Assembly (NCBI RefSeq): GCF_042660085.1
Contig: NZ_JBHSTI010000008.1
Location: forward strand, 1,179,876 to 1,211,875
DNA length: 32,000 nucleotides
Direction of reading: 5' to 3'
DNA from: Longivirga aurantiaca
GTDB lineage: Bacteria; Actinomycetota; Actinomycetes; S36-B12; CAIYMF01
This document shows positions 26,380-32,000 of the stretch, one piece after another (position 1 is the first letter of the stretch; each line of letters opens with the position of its first letter). The notes under the pieces are model-generated. The model searched no databases. It saw nothing but the letters and a program-made list of their open reading frames with translations, and had not been told where the DNA came from. A program made the position numbers and the translations under genes.

Positions 26380-27144
26380 TCAGGCGGTGTCGGACTTGCG
26401 GCGAGCCCGCTCGAGGGCCTCGAGCCGGTCGGCGCGCGTAGCCTCCGGCAGCGTCGGCGCGGTGCCCCCGAGACGGGCCGGCAGCCACCAGGTGTCGTCC
26501 GGCCCGGACGGTTTCTGCGGGTAGCGCGCGATGGCGTCGTCGAGCATGCCGCGCATCACCTCGTGCAGGTGCTCGCCGACGGCGTCGAGGTCGGAGCCCG
26601 GGGGCACGTCGATGGGTGCGCCCACCGAGACCGACACTGCCTTGCCGCGCGAGAAGTCGCGGGGGCGGCCCTTGGTCATGATGCGGTGGGTGCCCCAGAG
26701 CACGGTCGGGATGAGGGGCACCCCGCCGTCCATCGCGAGCCGCGCGGCGCCGCTCTTGAAGTCCTTGATCTCGAACGACCGCGAGATGGTGGCCTCCGGG
26801 AAGATGCCGACGATCTCGCCGTTCTTGATGTGGTCCAGCGCGATACGGAAGGACTCGGCGCCGGCGGTGCGGTCGACCGGGATGTGCTTCATCCCGCGCA
26901 TGAGGGGGCCGGCCACCGGGTTCTTCCAGATCGAGTCCTTGGCCATGAAGCGCACGTAGCGCCCGGCAGGGTTCGCGCCGAGTCCGGCGAAGATGAAGTC
27001 CATGTAGCCGATGTGGTTGCTGGCCAGCACCGCGCCGCCGGACCTCGGGATGTGCTCCGTCCCGCTCAGGTCGATGTGCAGGCCGAGGCCCTTGAACAGC
27101 GCCTTCGCGGTGATAACGACGGGGGCGTAGACCGGCTCGACCAT
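26380..27144 (-). CDS. Lysophospholipid / 1-acyl-sn-glycerol-3-phosphate acyltransferase family protein (PlsC-like)
   Basis: 254 aa. HX4D motif NHIGYMD, FMAKDS, IFPEATIS and PLIPTVLWG blocks of the glycerolipid acyltransferases. The start context looks leaderless. Confidence 0.88.
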   Translation of the reverse strand: MVEPVYAPVVITAKALFKGLGLHIDLSGTEHIPRSGGAVLASNHIGYMDFIFAGLGANPAGRYVRFMAKDSIWKNPVAGPLMRGMKHIPVDRTAGAESFRIALDHIKNGEIVGIFPEATISRSFEIKDFKSGAARLAMDGGVPLIPTVLWGTHRIMTKGRPRDFSRGKAVSVSVGAPIDVPPGSDLDAVGEHLHEVMRGMLDDAIARYPQKPSGPDDTWWLPARLGGTAPTLPEATRADRLEALERARRKSDTA

Positions 27145-27150
27145 GCGGTG

Positions 27151-27160
27151 ACACTACCCT
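27151..27160. promoter_or_regulatory. Overlapping divergent -10 boxes for two apparently leaderless genes
   Basis: Plus strand: TACCCT (27155-27160), 6 nt, then ATG 27167. Minus strand: TAGTGT (27156-27151), 6 nt, then ATG 27144. The whole intergenic gap is 22 bp and neither start has an SD. Confidence 0.45.
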
Positions 27161-27166
27161 CGCGGC

Positions 27167-27676
27167 ATGGCCGACGACCTGCACGTCACAGTGTTCGCGG
27201 ACGACTCACGCATCGAGGCGCTGTCGGCGTACACCGACAGCATCGAGGAGCTCGCGGCGGTGTTCGCCGACGCGAACGTCGGCGACGGCGAGCTGCTCGA
27301 CCGCCGGCCCGCCCCGGACTCCTGGTCGGTGGGAGAGGTCCTGCACCACCTGGCCGACGCCGAGCTGCACCAGGCCGTGCGCCTGCGCCGCATGCTGGCC
27401 GAGGACCGGCCGGTCTGGGAGCCGTGGGACGAGGAGGAGTACGCCGCCTCGCTCGGCTACGACATCCGTCCTGCCGCGGACGCCCTCACGCTGGTGCTCT
27501 CGCTCCGGCACGTGAACGCCCGGCTGCTCGCGTCGCTCTCGCCGGAGCAATGGGCGCGGACGGCGGTGCACCCGAGCGAGGGCGAGATCGACGTCGCCGG
27601 ATGGGTGACGGTGGCTGCGGACCACCTCAAGCTGCACGTGCTGCAGGCGCGACGCGCCGTCGTGGGGATGATCTGA
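27167..27676 (+). CDS. DinB-family (DinB_2-like) four-helix-bundle protein
   Basis: 169 aa. WSVGEVLHHLADAELH and C-terminal AADHLKLHVLQ histidine-containing helices are typical of the DinB superfamily. Confidence 0.85.
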   Translation: MADDLHVTVFADDSRIEALSAYTDSIEELAAVFADANVGDGELLDRRPAPDSWSVGEVLHHLADAELHQAVRLRRMLAEDRPVWEPWDEEEYAASLGYDIRPAADALTLVLSLRHVNARLLASLSPEQWARTAVHPSEGEIDVAGWVTVAADHLKLHVLQARRAVVGMI

Positions 27677-27716
27677 GCGCGCGGTTCGTCGGTCGGTCGT
27701 CTGGAAGGGTAGGGAC

Positions 27717-27989
27717 ATGCAGCAGGACGAGGCGGAGAAGGTCGTCGCAGCTCTCAGCGAGCTGCGCCTGTTCGCCCACCTCTACCGCGGTGGGGTCAAC
27801 CGGTTCGGCGTGCGCGTCGTGCTCTCGGACGGCCGCGAGGCCCTCTGGGACGTCGACGGCGCGGCCGGGCTCGAGGCGCAGGTCATGGCCAACGGGGTGC
27901 TCGTCGGCTTCGTGCCGAGGATCCCGGGATCGGAGACCTTCACGATCGAGCAGACCGTCGCGGCCATCGCGACGGCGACGTACACGTAG
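27717..27989 (+). CDS. Hypothetical 90-aa protein
   Basis: GGAAGGGTAGGG lies upstream of ATG 27717. GC3 bias is strong and I recognise no motif. Same strand as, and between, the DinB and DUF4192 genes. Confidence 0.6.
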   Translation: MQQDEAEKVVAALSELRLFAHLYRGGVNRFGVRVVLSDGREALWDVDGAAGLEAQVMANGVLVGFVPRIPGSETFTIEQTVAAIATATYT

Positions 27990-28089
27990 GGGCCCGGCAG
28001 CCGTCCACAGGGCGGCCGGGCGGCGAGTCGTCCCCAGGCGGCGGGTGCCGCTGAGCGAGCCCACGGGTGGTGCGATCGACGGTGGCGCC

Positions 28090-29226
28090 ATGACGCCACC
28101 TGCCGATCCTTACGTCCCGCCCCAGCCTGACGACGCGCCGGACCTCGTCGCGCGCGGCCCCGAGTCGCTCCCGATCGTGGTGCCGCACCTCGTCGGATTC
28201 GTCCCCGAGCACTCGTTCGTCGTGCTCGGGCTCGACGACGCCAGCAACCGTGCGGCCGTCACGCTGCGCTTCGACATCCCTCCCGCCGGGCTCTCCGACG
28301 ACGAGCTCCTGCGGGCGCTCGAGGCCTGGACGTACGCGTTCGAGGCGCTGAGCCGGTCGGGGGCGGCCGCCGCCACAGTCGTGATCTACCCCGCCGACGC
28401 GGGGGAGCAGTGGTCCGACGTCATCGTCGACGAGCTGCCCTACCGCGAGCTGGCCGAGCTGCTCGAGGAGATGCTGACCGCCGCGGAGCACGACGTCCGT
28501 GAGGTGGTCTGCGTGGTCGGGGACCGCACGAGGTCGTACCTCTGCGAGAACCTCGGGTGCTGCCCCGTCGAGGGCCGTGCCCTCGACCCGTCCGAGGCAC
28601 TGCGCATCAGGGCCTCGCTCGTCGAGCGCGGGTCGGCGCCGATGAGCCGTCGGCAGTCGCTGGTGGACGCCCTCGACGCCCGGCCGGACGACGACCCGGT
28701 TCGCGCCGCTGTCCTGCACGCGCGCCCGGGGGCGCTCGCCCGTCAGTCGGGCGAGGTCGTGGCGGACGTCGAGGCGTTCCTGCACGCGGTGGCGCACTGG
28801 GGGCACAACCGCGACGGCGCCGCGAGGCGGTTCACCCGGCTCGTCGCCACCGCGGGTCTGCTGGTGCTCGACATCCCGCCGCGCGACTACCTGCTGCGCG
28901 AGCTCGCGGTGGAGTGCGACCGGCCGATCCTCGAGGCCGTGCGCACGGTGCTGTCCGAGGCGGTCCGGTGCGCACGGGACGACGAGGTGGCAGCGCTCGC
29001 CGCTGTGCTGGGGGTATCCGCCTGGCTCTCGGGGGACGGCGCCGCGGCACGCATCGCGCTGGACCGGTCGCTCGCGGCGGACCCGTCGTACTCGCTCGCC
29101 CACCTCATGTCGGCGGCGCTCGACGCCGGCATCCCCCCGTGGTCGTGGCGGGAGTCGATGCGCGACCTCACCGCCGAGGCGATCCTCGCCGCCGCCCGAC
29201 CCGGCCAGGCGCGTTCGCCGGCGTGA
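28090..29226 (+). CDS. DUF4192-family protein
   Basis: 378 aa from ATG 28090; this is the tail of the artefactual 968-aa track ORF. The N-terminal ...LPIVVPHLVGFVPEHSFVVLGL... and central CENLGCCP motif match my recollection of actinobacterial DUF4192 proteins. Confidence 0.8.
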   Translation: MTPPADPYVPPQPDDAPDLVARGPESLPIVVPHLVGFVPEHSFVVLGLDDASNRAAVTLRFDIPPAGLSDDELLRALEAWTYAFEALSRSGAAAATVVIYPADAGEQWSDVIVDELPYRELAELLEEMLTAAEHDVREVVCVVGDRTRSYLCENLGCCPVEGRALDPSEALRIRASLVERGSAPMSRRQSLVDALDARPDDDPVRAAVLHARPGALARQSGEVVADVEAFLHAVAHWGHNRDGAARRFTRLVATAGLLVLDIPPRDYLLRELAVECDRPILEAVRTVLSEAVRCARDDEVAALAAVLGVSAWLSGDGAAARIALDRSLAADPSYSLAHLMSAALDAGIPPWSWRESMRDLTAEAILAAARPGQARSPA

Positions 29227-30316
29227 TCTCGCCGAACGGCGGCACGTCGTCGACCTCGACCCGGGTGGCATCGACGCCCAGCGCCTCGACGGCGTCGATC
29301 CAGGCGTCGACCTCCTCCCAGCGGTCGAACAGCCACGTCGACAGCTCGGGGACGGTCGTGGGGACGGAGGGCCCGGCATGCACCTGCCACCCGACGTAGA
29401 GCGTCTTGTCGGTGGGGATCTCGCGCCAGATGGTGCGCACGTCCGTGAGCCGGTCGAGCCCGGTGTGCGCGACCACCACGACGTCGGCGCCGGGCTGCGC
29501 GAGGAGCACGCGGCGCACGCCGCCCGGCCGGGGTGCCAGCACGTGCTGCATGCGCTCCGCCCGGTCGGCGGCCTCGTCGTGGCCCGCCGTGCGCAGCCGG
29601 TCGATCCGTGTGGACCGGCGTCCCTCGGTGAAGTTGCCGCCCTCGGGGAAGATCAGCAGCGCGTCGTCCGGGCCCATGCCCGCGGCGAGCTCCTCGATCG
29701 CACGGGTGGCCGCCTCGGGATCGGCGGGGTTGGGGTCGATGAACGCCACCGGCAGCCGGCCGAGCAGGACGTCGATGATCGGGTCGATCTGCAGGGTGTC
29801 CTTGAGCACGATGCGCGGACGGCGCCCCGTCCAGCTGAGGATCTCGCGGACGAGCAGGAACGAGTCGCCCGGGCCGGCATGGCGGCTGAGCACGAGCCTG
29901 GGCCGGTCGTCGCGGGCGCCGTCGCCGTCGAGGTCGTCCATGTCCATGGACCCCGCGCGGACCACGGTGAGGCAGAAGAAGCGACGACCGAAGACGAACA
30001 GCGTCTCGAGGAGCCCACGCAGCAGGCCGTAGTGCAGGCGGGTGAAGAACTCGTTGCGGATCTTCCAGCCGAACCCGCTCGCCACCCAGGTGAGGAACAG
30101 GATCGTCAGGCCGACGACCTCGAGGCCGAGGTAGACGATCGCGAAGCCCAGCACGCGCAGCGGCTTGAACCACGGGGGGAGCGCGAACGACACGAGCACC
30201 AGCAGCAGGAGGATCCAGGGGATCGCGAACAGGATGAGCCACACCCCGAAGAACCACACGAGCGGCGCGACCACGATCCGACGGAGCCAGTACGGCGGCA
30301 GCCAGAGGTTCATCAC
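29168..30316 (-). CDS. Polytopic membrane acyltransferase (lysophospholipid acyltransferase family)
   Basis: 382 aa. Three to four N-terminal TM helices, HX4D motif SRHAGPGD, and the FPEGGNFT block. The start lies 9 nt after the patatin stop. The 3' end overlaps the DUF4192 gene by 59 nt. Confidence 0.8.
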   Translation of the reverse strand: MMNLWLPPYWLRRIVVAPLVWFFGVWLILFAIPWILLLLVLVSFALPPWFKPLRVLGFAIVYLGLEVVGLTILFLTWVASGFGWKIRNEFFTRLHYGLLRGLLETLFVFGRRFFCLTVVRAGSMDMDDLDGDGARDDRPRLVLSRHAGPGDSFLLVREILSWTGRRPRIVLKDTLQIDPIIDVLLGRLPVAFIDPNPADPEAATRAIEELAAGMGPDDALLIFPEGGNFTEGRRSTRIDRLRTAGHDEAADRAERMQHVLAPRPGGVRRVLLAQPGADVVVVAHTGLDRLTDVRTIWREIPTDKTLYVGWQVHAGPSVPTTVPELSTWLFDRWEEVDAWIDAVEALGVDATRVEVDDVPPFGEITPANAPGRVGRRRGSPRR

Positions 30317-30325
30317 GTCCCCCAG

Positions 30326-31207
30326 TCAGCCGGTGATTCCGAGGTCGGCGAGGTAGGCGGTCGACGCGTTGCGCGCGGCCGCGATCCGCTCCGGGATCCG
30401 GCTGGTGTCGCGGTACCCGAGCGAGGCGCGCTCGTTGTAGCGCGGCGCCGTGCCCCCCGTGGGCAGCACGTGCACCTCGAGCTCGCCCTGGCTGCGTGCG
30501 AGCGAGGCGGTGAAACGGGCGCGCCGCGCGACCTCGAAGGCGACCAGGCCGACCTCGAGCGGGTTGGTGGCGGGGGAGAGCGGCTGCTCGACCCGGCCCA
30601 CCTGCAGCACGAACACCCGCTCGGCCCCCGCCTTGCGGGCACGGTCGAGCGGGATCGAGTTGACGATGCCGCCGTCGATGAAGTGCTCGCCGTCGATCTC
30701 GTACGCCGGGAAGAGCCCGGGCACCGCCGAGGACGCCAGCACCGCCGGCACGATCGGCCCGGAGGTGAACCAGTGCTCGGCCGCCCGCTCGATCGACGCA
30801 GCGCAGCACATGAACGGCACCTGGAGGTCCTCGATGAGCGTCACGGTCAGGTGCCGCTCGACCAGCACCTGCAGCGCCTTGTGGCCGTAGAGGGCGGTGC
30901 GGGTGCGCCACGCGGTCCGGGTGACGGTCTGGGCCCGCTCGAGCCACGAGCCCGAGAACGGGCCCTCGTCGGCGTCGGACCAGAGCGCCTCGAGCCGGTC
31001 GACACCCGCCATCGTCGGGTCGTCGGCGACGAGCGCGCCGTTGGCGGCCCCGATCGACGTGCCGATCACGAGGTCGGGCCGCACGCCCGCCTCGACGAGC
31101 GCCCGCAGCATCCCGACCTCGGCGGCGCCGAGCAGTCCGCCTCCACCGAGGACGAACGCCGTCCGCGGCCGCTGCGTCGGCGGCTGCGCGTGGGGCTCCG
31201 AGGTCAC
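30326..31207 (-). CDS. Patatin-like phospholipase
   Basis: Oxyanion motif FVLGGGGLLG, nucleophile elbow GTSIGA, and catalytic Asp in FIDGGIVNSIP. I prefer GTG 31207 as the start (CACGAT, 6 nt, GTG). The longer track start at 31357 would overlap the divergent gene. The start is uncertain. Confidence 0.82.
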   Translation of the reverse strand: MTSEPHAQPPTQRPRTAFVLGGGGLLGAAEVGMLRALVEAGVRPDLVIGTSIGAANGALVADDPTMAGVDRLEALWSDADEGPFSGSWLERAQTVTRTAWRTRTALYGHKALQVLVERHLTVTLIEDLQVPFMCCAASIERAAEHWFTSGPIVPAVLASSAVPGLFPAYEIDGEHFIDGGIVNSIPLDRARKAGAERVFVLQVGRVEQPLSPATNPLEVGLVAFEVARRARFTASLARSQGELEVHVLPTGGTAPRYNERASLGYRDTSRIPERIAAARNASTAYLADLGITG

Positions 31208-31329
31208 CCCGGCATCGTGGCACGCCGTACCCCGTGTGGCGCGTGTGACGCCGGAGCCCAGCGGGGCGCAGGTGGGGGAGGTTCCTCCACAGGCGCTCAC
31301 GACGGGTGGCACAGGGCGGGTCCGATCCC

Positions 31330-31335
31330 TACCGT
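31330..31335 (+). promoter_or_regulatory. Possible -10 box for a leaderless transcript of the secreted-protein gene
   Basis: TACCGT (TANNNT), 6 nt, then GTG 31342. Confidence 0.35.
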
Positions 31336-31341
31336 CGTGTC

Positions 31342-32000
31342 GTGCGGTCCCCGTCACGGGCCTCGGCAGGACGCCGTCGCCGTCACATCCGGCCCCTCAC
31401 CCGCATCGCGGCTCTCGCCCTGGCCGCCCTGACCTGCACGACCGCACCGGCCCTCGTCACGACGGGCCCGGCGCACGCCGTCGACGTGATCGGCGACGAC
31501 GGCTCCGACATCTACACCGGCACCGGCGGGGTGGTCTTCCCGTCGTCCACCTGGCGCGGCGACGAGACCGGTCGGTCGGACGCCGCGGCCTGCGACGGCT
31601 GCACCTGGAGCATCACCGCGTTCTGCACCCGAGCCGACTTCGACCTCGGCAGTTGCACGGCGAGCCACCTCGACTGCCCGGCCGACCTCATCCGGGTGCG
31701 CGTCTGGCTGGCACAGCCGGGGGAGCCGCGCCGGTTCGTCGGCGCAGCGTGCATCGGGGGTACGCCGCCGCCCACCAGGACGGAGATCGGGGCCGCCGTC
31801 CGCGAGGCGGCGTCGCAGGCGCTGCCTGCCCTCCGTGCGGGGGCGCAGCCGGCCGACGGCGCTCTGATCGGGGTGCCGGCCGTGTTCCGCACCGGTCAGC
31901 CCGTCGGAGGGCTCGTCGGCGCCGATCTCTCGCTGCTCGGCCTCGACGTGCGCCTCGACGCCCGCCCGCGCTGGTGGTGGGCCTGGGGCGACGGCGGCAG
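31342..32000 (+). CDS. Secreted Cys-rich protein, unknown function (3' end outside window)
   Basis: This frame is not in the supplied track because it has no stop inside the window. My own translation from GTG 31342 gives VRSPSRASAGRRRRHIRPLTRIAALALAALTCTTAPALVTTGPAHA/VDVIGDDG..., a basic n-region, hydrophobic core and AHA cleavage site. The mature part has 7 Cys and the ORF shows very high GC3. The minus-strand track ORFs here (31354..31668, 31512..31892) are antisense artefacts. Confidence 0.6.
   Translation, partial: MRSPSRASAGRRRRHIRPLTRIAALALAALTCTTAPALVTTGPAHAVDVIGDDGSDIYTGTGGVVFPSSTWRGDETGRSDAAACDGCTWSITAFCTRADFDLGSCTASHLDCPADLIRVRVWLAQPGEPRRFVGAACIGGTPPPTRTEIGAAVREAASQALPALRAGAQPADGALIGVPAVFRTGQPVGGLVGADLSLLGLDVRLDARPRWWWAWGDGG

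Noticed and set aside
26320-28089. Upstream 590 codons of the 968-aa track ORF 26320..29226
   Set aside because: This part runs antisense through the PlsC-like gene and out of frame through the DinB and 90-aa genes. The DUF4192-like sequence starts only at ATG 28090.
28887-31432. 778-aa minus-strand ORF (28887..31223) and 684-aa plus-strand ORF (29378..31432)
   Set aside because: These are alternative frames of the acyltransferase and patatin genes. Their products are Arg/Pro/Gly-rich and lack the HX4D, FPEGG, GGGxxG and GTSxG motifs found in the chosen frames.

Overview
Very high G+C (by eye above 70%) actinobacterial chromosomal segment. Gene content and codon bias look Micrococcales-like or Cellulomonas-like, but the taxon cannot be proven from this window. 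I resolve about 29 protein-coding genes using GC3 bias, motifs, Shine-Dalgarno or leaderless start contexts, and coupling junctions.

Genes in order:
- SAM methyltransferase fragment
- chlorophyllase-family alpha/beta hydrolase
- multi-PAS GGDEF diguanylate cyclase
- GNAT acetyltransferase overlapping a 35-aa zinc-ribbon micro-protein
- small tail-anchored membrane protein
- sbcD-sbcC
- small two-TM protein
- membrane-tethered NERD protein
- fhs
- BNR/Asp-box propeller coupled to a CysO/MoaD-like ubiquitin-fold protein
- Amidohydro_3 hydrolase
- YdeI-like protein
- hrpA
- YczE-like membrane protein
- pyrimidine-catabolism-like operon (C-N hydrolase, dihydropyrimidinase, LLM oxidoreductase)
- VOC protein
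- PlsC-like acyltransferase
- DinB-family protein
- 90-aa unknown protein
- DUF4192 protein
- patatin-like phospholipase followed by a polytopic acyltransferase
- partial secreted Cys-rich protein

I see no rRNA, tRNA, CRISPR array, transposase or integrase, and no recognisable canonical defence island. Most of the long ORFs in the supplied track are Arg/Pro/Gly/Ala-rich antisense or out-of-frame artefacts of the G+C content.

Candidates for something new, strongest first:
1. A 580-bp intergenic island (16.2-16.76 kb) holding the only AT-rich patch. It has a chain of hairpins, an SD-led 9-codon ORF and tandem terminal hairpins, and matches no RNA class I know.
2. A CysO-like GG-terminal Ubl translationally coupled to a six-Asp-box propeller, without CysM, Mec or E1 partners.
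3. A reductive-pyrimidine-type operon in which a luciferase-like oxidoreductase sits where a dihydropyrimidine dehydrogenase would be expected.
4. Back-to-back leaderless promoters in a 22-bp divergent gap.
5. A NERD domain fused through a TM helix to an extracytoplasmic Cys-repeat module.
6. A patatin plus membrane-acyltransferase pair beside a DinB / small protein / DUF4192 trio.

All functional calls rest on motif recognition by eye. No database search was possible.
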